A stretch of DNA of 54,400 nt, filler included, from Dirinaria sp. TL-2023a (taxonomy: Eukaryota), in the NCBI GenBank assembly GCA_051941275.1. It is 4 parts of 4 records of this genome, joined end to end, with 100 filler letters (N's around TTAATTAATTAA, not from the genome) between each part and the next. Parts side by side here need not be neighbours in the genome. Positions count along the whole stretch, not along the records: positions 1 to 13,543 come from JAVEBF010000674.1; positions 13,644 to 27,167 come from JAVEBF010000675.1; 2 more parts are not named here. One strand, given 5' to 3'. This document shows, piece after piece, positions 11,001 through 23,723 of this stretch. The translations under genes and the position numbers were made by a program. Under the pieces are notes generated by a model. The model saw nothing but the letters and a program-made list of their open reading frames with translations. It was not told where the DNA came from and did no database searches. Position 1 is the first letter of the stretch. Every line of letters starts with the position of its first letter.

Positions 11001-12738
11001 TTCCGCGTTCAAGGCCCACTTCGAAAGCCAACTTTGGGGGACATCTGTTACAAAGTTCCGAGTTTTCGCGGCGTCTTGTACTTCGCTCACAAAACGTTTA
11101 CGATGCTCTATCCTTGCCAGAAGCGACCCAAACCCAAACTCCGGATTCGCAGCCAAGGATGATGAGATACCTGCGTTGGCCGCATCAAGTTGATTTGCGA
11201 GATATAGCCGCTGACCAAATACTTGATCGAGTATCTTCATATATGCATTCTCTACTTTGGGTTGCTCTAGCCTATACTGATCTTTGGATGTGTCGGGTGG
11301 TACTTGGTTGCCAACCTCGAGGTTCTGAATCGGGGATGGAGACTTTAGATTCTGAAAAATCCCGCGAAGAGCTTGCCGAGCAGTTGCTGGTTCTATATAT
11401 CCGAGCTGGTGGCCAACAATCGCAGGCGCATCTCGTTGAGATGGTGCAGTCCTCAGACTTGTCAAGATGTCCAGAAGTACAGGTCCCCACTTGGTCGTCT
11501 TCCTACGGACTTGCTCCAGTACAGCAATCTTTTTGATCGAAGGAGGGATGACCTCAGCGAGTCTGGCACTTAGCCACGGTCTGTAGAGGCGAGCAGTGAC
11601 AATGCCGCATTTGGCAAATTCGTCAGAGGGGTTAGCTTCTAATATTTCATCCACAAATACACCTGTAGATCCAAATACAAACAGGGCACATTCAGCATCG
11701 GTTGGACCTGAATACTCAAACGCTTGATATTTTCGGCCAGTAGCTGCTGCTATATCGTTCCATATCCCAACAACAAAATCGTAGATATCCTCGGAAGTGA
11801 TGGCGCGTGTAGTGGTGGAGTTTACAGAAGTGGCGGAAGAGAGCGATGGTCTGCTGTCAGAGCTGCCGCTGTCCTCGCGGGCTGACGAAGAATTGGACGA
11901 TTCATCCCCAGTTGCACGCTGTGAAGGCACTGGGCTGGGATAGGAGCGTTTGCCAGTGTTCGGATCTTGTTCGTGTCCCAAGCCATTTATGCCAGTTTCT
12001 GTAACCGTTGGGTGGTTTCTTTCGTCGACATATATCGAACCATCCTCTTGACTCGCATGCGACCGCGCAGCTGGAGCATTCAAGATGCCTCTGACAAATT
12101 CTTTGTCTTCGCCCTGAATCGGGTCATCGTCGACCGAATTCGCTGGATCAAAGAAGTGGATGATGCCTTTTCCAGATCTTATGGCCAATGCATGTGCTGA
12201 AAGCGCTATATCCTGCGCTTCTTGCAATGTCTCGGATTGCAGGAAGACGAAGCCTGACTGCCGTATGGCGGTTATTTCGGAGTAATCTGGATGGTGTGGT
12301 GGATGTAGAGCGACATGCAAGACGATCGGATACTGGGCTAATTTGTATAAGTGAGGTATAGATGTAAGCAGGATTGAAGAATATGTGGTAACAGAGACGA
12401 ATTGGCCGGACCGCAAAGGTTGGAAGGCAGATAATAGGGGGTCTGCATTGTGCTTCAGAGCTTGCACCTTCCAAGACCGGTCAGCCGGTCCCGAGTACAT
12501 GTAGAGCGACGCTTACTTCAGGTTCTTTGGTAACCAATCCGGGGGATTTCCGTGCAGCGAGTGCTCGCAGCTGTTTCGAAAATATCGAGTCTACGCCCAG
12601 CGCAGGCTGTACAGATAGAACAAGATCACTGGAGAGGTATGCGACTCTTGCCACTATTAACGTCGTTAGCACTATGAGCTCGCCACGAAAGTCTGCGAAA
12701 GACATACCTGCATCTGCAGCGCTCAGAATGGTGGACAT
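8046..12738 (-). CDS. MET5: Sulfite reductase (NADPH) beta/hemoprotein subunit
   Basis: PFOR-like region (GSDAWAYDLG), flavodoxin (FASDNGNAE, TSTAGQGE, ALGDSHY), KFHGTYQQDDRD, LPRKFK and siroheme/4Fe-4S motifs CVAFPTC and GCPNGC. Introns at 12654-12707 and 12468-12516; ATG at 12738. Confidence 0.96.
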
Positions 12739-13190
12739 TGTCGTATTCCTCAAATCAATGAAGAATATCTGGTCGAGCAGAGAAGGCTTTTTGAGGGAAT
12801 CTCAATGGCAAGCCATCTTACAAAGCGTCTGACAACATAAAAAACATAAAAATCAGTATCCAATAATTGACAAGCGGGCAAATGATTTTGTCATGAGAGC
12901 ATTTGCGCCTTGATGATTGGCCATTGGCGGCGCCGAGGCCGGCGTTGAGCACGCAATGCGCACCCAGCAAACTTAGGGTTTCTGTTTATCGATAAGCTTG
13001 CATTACCGAGATGCGAACACTAGGGCTTTTCAAAACCTAACAAAGTAGAGAACGAGTATAGGATGCGGGCGCTGAGTAAAAGATACACTGGCGATGGCAT
13101 TGCAGTTACCACAAGCTAGTGTACTTCTCCCTTTTTAACTTCCACCGTGCAAAAGGTATTCGGGACCAAGAGCCAGCTCAACCTCTCAAT

Positions 13191-13543
13191 ATGGCATCAA
13201 CCAAGCAAAAGATGCCGAGAGGCTCCAAGCCATCGAAAGACATTCAATATGACCGTATAAGTAGGTATATCTGGAAAGCGCAAAGCTTGACGATAAATCC
13301 ACCTGATCTCTAGTACGCCCGAAAGCACTGACGAAGATTCCTAGCCGACCCACGCTTCACCAACATACAAACCGATCCTCGCTTTCGCCTCCCTTCTCGC
13401 AGAAATACCCATGTTCGCCTCGATTCGCGCTTCGCGCACATGCTGCGCAGCGATGACTTCTCTAGCAAAGCGAAGGTAGACCGTTATGGTAGAAAGTTGC
13501 CCAAGGACGCCGGGAGGAAAGAGCTGGAGAGGTATTACAGGAT
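13191..13543 (+). CDS. ESF1: Pre-rRNA processing protein ESF1, N-terminal part, truncated by the contig end
   Basis: After an intron at 13261-13344 the frame reads TDPRFTNIQTDPRFRLP...DSRFAHML..DDF..KAKVDRYGRK, which matches the ESF1 N-terminus. Confidence 0.85.
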
Positions 13544-13643
13544 NNNNNNNNNNNNNNNNNNNNNNNNNNNNNNNNNNNNNNNNNNNNTTAATTAATTAAN
13601 NNNNNNNNNNNNNNNNNNNNNNNNNNNNNNNNNNNNNNNNNNN
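13544..13643. other. Artificial contig spacer
   Basis: 44 N + TTAATTAATTAA (stop codons in all six frames) + 44 N. Confidence 0.99.
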
Positions 13644-13692
13644 AGTAGGAGGGTGGCGCTTCGTCGGGGATGGTGGAGGTGGGGGGAGACAT
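13644..13692 (-). CDS. Probable 5' end of a gene cut by the contig edge (MSPPTSTIPDEAPPSY...)
   Basis: ATG in ACAATG context after a CT-rich leader, with a PPSY motif. Only 16 codons are visible. Confidence 0.4.
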
Positions 13693-14321
13693 TGTTCCTT
13701 TGAGGGTTGGAGATGGAAGATTAGGATTAGGGGCTGGAGTAAAGAATGTGTGAGCTGCAAAGGATAGAGCGGGTAGGAATCGACAGGCTATATCTGGTCG
13801 CCATTTTTTGAAGCTTGGATGTGAACGAGGGAAGTCACGTCAAGTCTGATGTGATGTCATTGATCGTAAAGATTACCTTATTTGATGCTGGGCCAGGGTT
13901 GGACACAACCCTAAGGTATGATAAGGCTGATGGATAAAGTAAGGTGGTGAGTGAGCCTGCTGACTCACTCACTCAAGATGCCATTTTTTTCGTAAATCTC
14001 GAGGCGAAGGTACTTTCAGTCTTACTTTACTTTATGCTGTTCCATTGAACCAGTACGTACGTGCAAGACCTCTTAAGAGCAGCACATGTAGGTATCTACG
14101 CCATATCTACAGTATCGGTATCGTGTGGATACTGTTCCGATACGATCAACAAGAACCAACGAGGTTTGCAATCTCGTCCAACTCTCAGCTTGATAAATGG
14201 ATATGAGGGAAAAGTCATTATCTTTTTCAATCCCGTAACAAAATCAAGAAAACTATACTGTCAGTACTGAGAGCTCAGCATTTGCTCTTTTAAATCTCTT
14301 ATGCGTCGTGCATCGTCATAT

Positions 14322-15350
14322 TATTTCCTATTCCCTTCGCTTAGGAAGGTTTCCCAATTCTGTCGCTTGCGTTCTAGTTGTCCTGCTTGTCTTGAATTCA
14401 AAGTCATCGGAAGTTGACCGTGCCCCGTCAGATACAGAATCTCGGGCACCCATTCCGCTAATTCTTTGATTTTAGAGGCTGACTGCAGCTTTTAATTACC
14501 TAGCATAAACTTGCAGTGTTGCAATTGAGACGTACGTACATGCGGATGAGTGGACTGATACTCCGGCGGCTGCTCCTAGCCCGTTGTAGCGTATCTTCGC
14601 TTTTTCCAAAGGTCGAATTTGTCTACAAAGACATGGCCGCGCTTGGGTCAGATTCAATTTCTGAGGCAGGGATAATGCTGATGGAGTCCGCCTCACTTTC
14701 TCCTCTCCTACATAATGCTGCCAGTGCCAGGAATGCTATGCATGCTAGCGGCAGAATGACAATAGAGAAAAAGACTCTCCTCAATCACCTATGAGAGTAA
14801 CAACGGAGGTGCGTAAGGTATGAGTAAAATGGCGCCTAGTATTAGACCGCTGATTCTCTCGTACTCATGCTAAGCAATGGAATGTGCAATCTCGTGGCCT
14901 AGCAGGAGGATAGCTTCCCCATCGACTTCAGCGACTTCAAAAAATCCTGTGAAAATAAACATATATTAGCGACACGAATCCAAGCAGGCATTCGCAATCT
15001 CTGTTTTGAGTAAGCTAGATGTCCTACGCCATGGATGTCGCCCTTGATCAACAGCATCTCTGGTGAGTATCACCTGGAACATCGCCCACGTGCGATCTCC
15101 ACTCCAAATGGCTGAGACCGCTTGTTTCGAGGACTTGGTCTAGCAATGCCCGGAGCCGAGTCACCATCGGATGGTTCTTCGGTAGAGTTACTTTATCCGG
15201 CTTTTTCTTGACTTTCTGCTGATACGCCGCTGGCCGTGGCCCATTTCTTGACCCTTTTCCAATGGCCCATCTGGTGACACAATGTGGAACTGGCGTCTCC
15301 CAGTAACGGGAACTGGATCACGGCAAACCTACCAAAGCAAAAAGATCCAG
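14322..15350 (-). pseudogene. OMA1-like peptidase M48 pseudogene
   Basis: Collinear motifs PVPVTGRRQF (15287-15316), LPKNHPMVTRL..LEWRSHV, NA..MFIFTG, LGHEIAH (HExxH at 14882-14896), ESEAD..DPSAA, PPEYQSTHP and KIKELAEWVP. Introns at 15001-15073 and 14483-14539. At least six in-frame stops and about three frameshifts. Boundaries are approximate. Confidence 0.85.
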
Positions 15351-15699
15351 TTATAGAGACCTAACAACGCATTAGTTGGCCATCGAATCTAACTTGCTTT
15401 ACTCCACCAGGAAGCTCAACAGACATCCTCAGACACTTCTTCCAAAATTTCACACGAATCGATTCGAACTCTCCCATGCCAAGTGTTCTACGAGGTTGCG
15501 CGGCTGCGTGGGCACTCTATGGCCAAGACCGTTTAAGCTGGTAATCTGCAGCATTCTTAGCGGCTAGGTTGGTACGGTCTACCTTGCTAAATTTCGCCCC
15601 CCTTTTAACCCGCACCCTTTAGTGATGAGGCTTTTGTGCTAAAATTATTAGACAGTACAGAAACTCTTGGTTTTAAACAAGGCGTAGCTCGAACAAGTG

Positions 15700-16965
15700 G
15701 TGTGGCGGGTATCCTGATACTGTCTCTGCTGATTTTAGAGCAAGATCCAGGATTTGAACGTGTCGAGCAATGCGGCACACGTTATAACGATCGACTCGTC
15801 CATTCATAAGAAAATTTCCCACAGGTCGTATTCTATGATGCCTTGCAAGGCAATGGGGAAGTGTCTAGATGCCTGCGATCTATGAAGGTCACTATCATCT
15901 GATAGAGGCAATCGATGCCAGCGATGTCACGCCATGAAGATCACCGATGCCCTCTCAAGCGCGCATTTGATAGACATGTGGTCGCTTCTATATGCAAAAA
16001 TCTGACCTAGGAGCATATAACCATAGCATTTTCAGATGCGATTGATAGCATGAGAGAGTCTGTCTGATGTGGTTAGCGACATTGACGATGAGTTTTGACA
16101 ACATACATAACAGTCCTCTTGACAGAGTATCTGAAGGAGCATATAATGCCTCATCGGCATCTTCTTTGACTTTCACTTTTGCTTCATCGTCTGCTCACTA
16201 TCGCACACGATATCGCATTGCGAAAGCGCTTTCTCACACACTCATTTCAGATATCGGCCGCAGAGATAGATCAAGCTGTTGACGCTTCAGACAGTGTGAT
16301 CTGAGGCAGCTTTTGCTTCCTATGTGGACGCCTTTGACGCCGGCGAGGCCCAAAACCTAGTACAATGACTTTGCAACACAAGCTCATGAGGCATCGAAAG
16401 CATTTCCATGCAAGGAATTCAGGGAAGAACGCACACATCGCCGAGCCAGGCTAGTATGGACTAACACTTCATCCAAAAGTAGCACATCCTCGAAACTGTG
16501 CCGCAAGTATTGTCTCGATTTATCTACGTTCCGCTATCGGTGCTGAATAGCCTACGTCTGTGGTAAGTCTCTTCGCCTTCTTGAAATGGTGAATGCGAAT
16601 GACATCCACGCCTGCCTTGTGGTCTAAGTAGTGGTGGGTCGGATATCTCGAGCTATTATTGGATCCTGCTCAGCGCTCATTTAGAACTGTTTGACCAGCA
16701 AGGTCGATTTGATATGCTATCACCCACGACATATATCGGAAAACGTTCTTCGAGCATTTCATACTCTTCCATAAACAGGTAAGCAAAAAGATATATGTCT
16801 GTCTTTCCAAAATATTCTAAAGTTAACAGGAATAAGTTCTATGGGTTCCGTGAGTCCACAAAGCAAAAGATACTCATTGGAGGCTCAAGAAGATAGAACA
16901 GGGACGGCGACCACGACCACGATACTTAAAGTGTCTCTCATCGCTAGCTTCGTGTATTTGCGCCA
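15700..16965 (-). pseudogene. Heavily decayed gene relic of unassigned family
   Basis: An intact-looking intron (GTATGT..GCTAAC..CAG, ~16065-16107) and short coding-like fragments broken by stops. No long ORF. Confidence 0.3.
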
Positions 16966-16998
16966 TTGAAATCTAGACGCATTTGCATCATGGTGCTA

Positions 16999-18267
16999 TT
17001 ATATACTGCTCAGCACCTCCTTAGCAATTTCACTCCCAGCGCCATCAGATTTTTCGCCAAAGTTGCATTCTTGAAACCCAACATCAGCAAATACAGATTC
17101 AGCCTGATTTAGTTCGCCGATGAGCTCATGTATCTCTCGGCCTTGCGCAGCACCAGCGGTCTCTTCAACCGTCGAAACCTCGTGGATTTGGGTATATCCT
17201 AGCTCACGTAAGCTAGCAGCCGCATTTAAGCTCGTGTCTTCCTCGCTCTTCAGTCTCCAGTTCACCTTTCGCCTCGAGATAAGGTTGACAGCTCGTTTTC
17301 ATACTGCTACCTAACCTACTGGCTTTCCTGTTCCCTGTTTGGCTCAATTTGACCCATGATAGCAATACGAGAAAGACTGATGTCGCCGCTATTGGGAAAG
17401 CTATAACGATGGTAACATGGACTTGTTTGTCAGTACGTGGGAATGATGGTGATGGATGAGGCGTTGAGCTTTGAGGTGATCGAGCTGCTGCTGTGAGCAT
17501 GGTGTCAGAAGCCAAGGACACTGACGAAATGATCATCGTCGCTGAATTGCTCGGTGAAAAAGCCACACCTGCATGAGTTAAGTCGTCGACGAAACCATTC
17601 TTTGCGATGTCGTCATCGGGCTGCCCGTCCCAATGCCGCCCAAAAAGTCAATTTTGATATCCGGGTTATCACCAAGAGAGCCTTCAATCCCGCCGGAGCA
17701 GGCTTGACTCGTTGCGAGAGCGATACATGCAGATGGTGGCACCAAAGAACCAATTGAGGACAGAGTGTACCACAGATTAAGGTGTATTTCTGGGCCTGCA
17801 GTGGAAATATAATTGTCGCTCGACATATATTGAGTCCAAGTCGAGTATGCTGTGCATATCGGAAAATCTTGATTGTTGGGTTCCCATTTTATTGCAGGCA
17901 CAATGATGCATCGATCGTACGGAGATCCTGCAACGGCCGCTGTAACGTCATACATCAGCTATGCAGCTGTCTCCATTTGCTTCAGCGAACATTGATTGAC
18001 CGACACTTATCGATCGAAGAAGATAGGCTCAGCACTATTTGTCACAGGCATGGAAGTACTTCGTACAAGCTGAATATTACCTTTTGTTATACTGACCAAA
18101 GCCTCTGTTGTAGTTACGGTAGTGACTACAGTTGGTTTTCTTTTCAGGTAAGGACTGTCAGAAAACATTTTGCTATCATGACATGTTTCACAGGAACACA
18201 AAAAATTCCGGCTTACAACGGTTGGGATCAGGATTGAGAATAGTCGATAACGGCGACGCGTAATCAA
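16999..18267 (-). pseudogene. Disrupted single-pass membrane protein gene (Ser/Thr-rich ectodomain, TM helix, GELE-type tail)
   Basis: ORFs 18007-18267 and 17578-17955 are in the same frame, separated by TAA (18007) and TAG (17959). Frameshifts lead into the TM segment (VTIVIAFPIAATSVFLVLLSW) with QPYLEAKGELETEERGRHEL and then into the final segment. Confidence 0.55.
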
Positions 18268-19282
18268 TCGAGTGGATGAGCCGTGCTTCTTTTATCGGTG
18301 AAGCAATGACACGGCATGAAATTGCCTTCTAAGCCTTGAAACAAGATCCCGTACACATCGCGTGGGATGATCAAACTTTGCATGTCAAAAAAATGGAAAA
18401 CCAGAAGTAACTTGTCAAATATCCATTCGAAGGGCATAGTCGTAGAAGGCGCAAGCTATAATACATGATCATAGATCCTACCAAGATTGCCTCTGGAGAC
18501 AACTTTCTCCGAATTCCGATTCCAATGATGCATATAGCAACCAGCGCACAACATTTGAGGGCCATTGAAACGACTGAGGGAAGCATGAACGATCGCTAGC
18601 CCTCGAGGCAGCTCGAAAACTCTTTGCCTCTCATTACTTGCCGTTTCATGGGAGATAATTCCTGGAAAGTTGGTCGACGGTGTTCCTGCCTCTTGATGAC
18701 AGATGTTTTATATGCTGTACTCGTATAGTCTCAAGCTCGGAGATTTGACTCTATCTTTAGCATTCAACTTTGTTCCCTGATTCTCAACAAATAAGAAATA
18801 TCTTTAGATGTGAAATTACTGGGAGCAGCATGGAAGAGAACAACTCTAGAAGCAGTGGTCTTTAAAAATGCAAAGGATTCAATCGCGGCGAAATATTATT
18901 AGCTTAGTCCGTAGGTTTCAACTCTTAGGGCTCCAAGAGGGTTACTAATGAGCCAGGCTTCAATTTGGTCTTCTAGGCTGGCGCGATCCCGCTATGTTTT
19001 CTCCGAACTTCCCAATATATGACATTCGTGTTATTAATTGCAGAATATATAAATTATGAATGGATGTTTCTATGTTCCGCCATGCCGGAACTATCGCCTC
19101 AAAAGACGAGACGCAGAGTGTTTCGGTTCCTGAGAAAGTGGTTCGTGCGGTTTAGTAAGGCAAGCGTGCCAAAGAGATTGCTTGATATCTTGCGTCACAG
19201 CGTCTAGGATCGTTCTAATAGTTTCTCTAGTTAGACTGATGTACCTCACCTAATCTTTCAGGAAGAAGCCGCCCAATCTAGG

Positions 19283-21223
19283 TCATATTTCCCTTTTCAC
19301 CAGTGCCACCGGCGGTACATATACGTGCCTCGCATACGCGACATAGTAAAAAGTTGCGAAGATGATAATCCCACCAAAAATGACAATACTCCAGTTCATC
19401 GTGCTTGCCTCCGTTGGTGTTGCCAGTGGAAAGAAGGCGAAAACGAAAATCGGCATCAGGAACATCAGTGCGCCGGCATTGATTGGAAGTCCAAGACGTC
19501 CGAGGGACCACCGTCGTGCGGGAAGGGGCTCCTTCCGGAGCCGTTTGAGAAGAACGCAGCTGATGGTGATCATATAGGATGAGACGAGTGAGGAGATAGT
19601 CAGAGAGATGATGGCATTCAAAGCAACCGTCGACCCGATATTGATAAGAGAAAGCAGTATGGTCACGACCAAAGATACCATGACTGCGTTCAGTGGAATG
19701 TTCCATCCAGGCGTGACCTGACGGCAATGTTAGCTGGCTTGCTGCAAGATTTTCTCCACCCAAACTCACATATGAGAGGGTGGCGGAGAAGGGCAAGCCA
19801 TTGTCGCGAGCGAAGGACCACAGTTGCCGCGATGCAGTGGCCACTTCACTGATTGCGCTGGAGGTAAGTGTGACAATGAGGATGGTAACCATGACATCGG
19901 TCGCGCCATAGCTTTTGGTGGTATTGTAGAAGATTTGTATAAATGGAAAGAGGGTATCAGTCTCCATGATGGCGTTGACATCTCCTAAGCAGAAACACAA
20001 CGTGAGGACCATGATGAAGCCCAAAATCGCATTCAAAACTACAGCCCACGTGATAGCTCTGGGCAGCGTATCCGAAGCATCTTTAATCTCTTCGGCTATC
20101 GGAACCATATGATCAGCATTGCATGAGAAATATGCACCACTGTGCCTCACTTACACATATGCACGCCGCAATCAAAGCCCAGCATGGAAACAATGGATGT
20201 GGACAAGCCGACCATTACGGAGGTACCTTTGGAGCTCCATCCTCCACCGTTGGTGAATTCGGTAAAGACGACTTTTGCGGTGTTCCGTGGAGCGAGGACC
20301 CACAGAGGAATAACAATAGCAAAGAGGCCGACAATGTGGATTATTAAGATTAGTCCTTCTACCATCGGTAACTTCTTGGCTAGGAAGGTATTGAACAGGA
20401 TCGCGAAAGAAGTGATGGCAATCACAAGCATTGTGCCATGCCAGCGTTCAAAAACGTACGTGGGGTCATTTAGGATTATGAGTCCCTGAATGATAGTTCC
20501 GGCCAAGAACGATATCGAAACAATTGCGCACTGCCAGCCTGTCGCGCAAAGCCAGCCTATAGAATCCTATTAGTGGACGACCAACGAGTTTGAATTAGGT
20601 TTCTGGGTACCAGTGATAAAACTCAGGAACTTTTGGCCGCTCTGAGGCGCAAATTCCGATACCCAGTGATATTGGCCTCCAGAGGTAGGTGCCCTTTTCG
20701 CTGCCCATTAGCAATTGTCAAAATAGAAATATAGGATAAGAGCTTGATTTACATCGAGGCCATCTCGGCTAAACTCATATAGACGAGCATGAAACCAATG
20801 ACAATCGCCACATAGCCCCACACCAGGCCCGCTGTTCCTCCATCCGTGAGTACGAAGCTGAGAAGCCTGCATGAAGAGTCAGCTCGATTTAACTTCCTGG
20901 CGAAGTTCTGCAAGATCCTTACGTCAAGATAACTTCCCATGTGCTAATAAGGGTGCACCCGAAGCCTACGATTGAGATAAAGCGGAAGTTTCGCTGCTCA
21001 TAGTCAACGAAGAAGTTCCGAAATGGACCTTTTGAGAACTTACTCGGAGCACTTGATCTCTGCCTAACACGCTCATGTCGCGTTGGTCCGCTGCCGTGCC
21101 CGCGTACTTGGCCGACACGTGGTGCGCCTGGCCCAGATATTCCTCGTCTCCCACATAGGTCGTCCGGACATCGCCATTGCTTCTGCCTTTGAAGCTACCT
21201 AACTGGATGTTTTTTGACTCCAT
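19283..21223 (-). CDS. APC-superfamily amino acid/choline/GABA permease (Hnm1/Uga4-like), multi-exon
   Basis: Motifs RNFRFISIVGF, DGGTAG, SLAEMASM-APTSGGQYHWVSEFAP, GFDCGVHM-EEIKDAS and ASRQLWSFARDNGLPFS, with many TM helices. Confidence 0.93.
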
Positions 21224-22236
21224 TGGTGATGGCAAGGAAGGAAGAAGATGCACACAAAAGAGTGATTGGGGAAGTCTTGCAGCTCCCCCGGATGCGGAGT
21301 CAAACTCGCCATTTGCCGCTGGGGCCGCGAGGGGCAGCCCGCAGACAACGCTCCAACCTTCTTCAATTATTCATGCAATCAAAAATGTCCCAGATTAATT
21401 GTTGACGCCGCTCGGCTAATTTACCAGCCATTCTTTGGAGGCTGTTGGAAGCAGGATATCCGAGCATGGGTTGGGAATCAGACCTCCCAAGTCTTTGGAG
21501 CTCCCAGACATGGCGCCATGCAGTAGCGTGGGGAAGTAGCGGAGCCGCTTGGCGATGTTGAGCAAAGCTCGAAGACTCTTACACTCGGACGGTCGCAGCG
21601 GGGAAGGTTTTCGCGCGGTCCGACATCGACCTTCTTGTCATTCGACCTACCAAAAGACTGACTGGCATGATCACAAATGAGCGGTCTCGACGCTGTTTGA
21701 ACGGCATCGGAGTGCAGCCACGGCCCGCGGAAGCGGATTCATCCTTGCAAACTCTATCGCCGCCCATTAGTATTACTCCAATCGATTCCACGATCATTAC
21801 TGGCCGAACAACTCACACTTTTTCGCGAGTTGAATGGACCGAGCGGAGAGGGTTTCTTCTTATCTCCAGCCACTGTGCCCAGACGATTGTTTCGCACACC
21901 ACCACTCGTGCTTTTCTCGCTAGCAATTATTGGGATCTGACGCCCACTACTCCAAAGGGAAGTACTGGACCCGATCAATCGGTACTGGCTTTTTTAGCCT
22001 GCAGCTTGGAGTTGGAGCAGGGGTGTGCCCTCCCTTCTGAAGGTTGGATCCATGGTTCCATCCGGCCGATGGCTACCTCGCACATCGTCATGCATGACGG
22101 TTAGGGCGCACTGCTCTGCACTGCGCACGAGTCACGCAGGGATCATTCCTTCTCGCAATGTAAAAAAACCAAAAAATATTCCCTCAAGTCTCTTGTGCCT
22201 CTTCGTTGCAGCTCTGGATGGCCCTTGGTGACCATA

Positions 22237-23723
22237 ATGTCAACGACGTTGATAGCGAGCTCGACAGCTCTACCAAGCCTTGGGACCGTACCATCCGGAC
22301 AATCCGCTCCTCTTGAGGTCATTGACGCGCAACATCATGGTGCCTGGGTCACTATCACGACTGCTATAGGCCTTACTCTAGGGCTTGTTTGTCTATTTAT
22401 CCGCACGTACGTGAGGGTGATGATCAGTCCTCCTTTTTTGCGAGATGATATCATCCAGGCTGCTTCTACGGTTCTTCTGCCAACAGTCTATCAGTACACT
22501 CATTCTTAATTAACGTCCTCTAGGCGTTCGCGATCATCCAATCCGCTGTTGTCTTTTTCGAAGTTTCAAAAGGGTTTGGAACTTCAGATGAGTTGGTGAA
22601 TGCTAGGGATTTGCATACCGTGCAACAAGTGGGTGTGCATTTAGTCATGCAAACAAGCACAGAACTTACGTCGAGATAATAGGCTTGGGCCGCTAGTGAT
22701 ATACTGTATCTGGTCGGGATATATCTATCGAAATGCAGCATGGCCTTCCTTTTCCTCCGCTTGACGCCGAGCAAAGCACATAATAAGATTGCATGGGGAA
22801 CAGTCGCATTGTGTACGGTTTGGGTGATTGTCTCGATCTTCCTGGTAATTATAAACTGCGAGTTGGAACATCCATGGGCCGACATTGCGGGTCAATGCTC
22901 GAACATGGTACGTGCTTCGCTGCGGGACATCAATTTTTCGCTAATAATCCACAAGTTTGCGCGCTGGCAGTTCATTACGGCTGTTGATATTATGGTTGAG
23001 ATTACGTTGGTCGGACTAGCAATTTTCCTCGTCCATGACCTCAGGATGTCGGTTGGGAGGAAAGGTGTCGTTGTCATAGCCTTCTTATTCCGCTTGCCGT
23101 ATTCCTAACCCTTTGGCACATGCTCAATGCTTACGTGTGCTGACGATATTCGCAGACTTATCGCATTTGCAGCTCTCCACCTACATCTCCTCGCGCACGG
23201 AATTAGCTCCCTCAACCCCAGCCTCGATCTGGTGGGACCGGTTATATGGGCACAGATCGAGCTCCACTACAGCAACATTGCGGCGACAGTGCCCTGTCTG
23301 AAACCATTCATGGCAGCTGTCAGCACCAATTATGGCGCGACCGAGCCTGGTGCAATGAGCCAGGGTGGTAGTCGAGGTTATGGATCGTCAAGCGCCAAAC
23401 GTAAGGGAAGCAGCTACGTGCTTAGCTCAATGAGTAAAGATAGGAACTCCTCCAACCTCGATTCTAAAGGAGGCATCTTCCGGGCCGCTAAACGCGGGGC
23501 CTACAAGATGAATTCCGAGAGCTTTGGGGCATCACAGTCTACTAATGGGCACGTGGTCGTGCAGCAAGGAAAAGCAAAGCAGGACTCTAACAGTATCGGG
23601 AGCAACGACAGCCGAAAGATGATCATAAAGAAAGAGGTGAACATTAGGGTCGAGAGGGATGGCGGGAGTCAGCCAGACGAGGAGCTGGGCATTGAACCGG
23701 TGGGCGCTGGACGTGCCATCTAG
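22237..23723 (+). CDS. PTH11-like integral membrane protein (fungal rhodopsin domain, no CFEM)
   Basis: About seven TM segments over five exons, motifs SKCSMAFLFLRLTP, FLFRLP and WAQIELHYSNIAATVPCLKPFM, and a C-tail SIGSNDSRKMIIKK. Confidence 0.88.

Noticed and set aside
13588..13599. TTAATTAATTAA recurring every ~13.6 kb as a biological repeat or TTAA target site
   Set aside because: It is always centred in 44+44 N, so it is an artificial linker.
14947..15027. Apparent intron GTAGGA..GCTAAT..CACAG in the M48 relic
   Set aside because: It would remove the conserved NA...FIFTG segment. The 15001-15073 intron fits the protein better.
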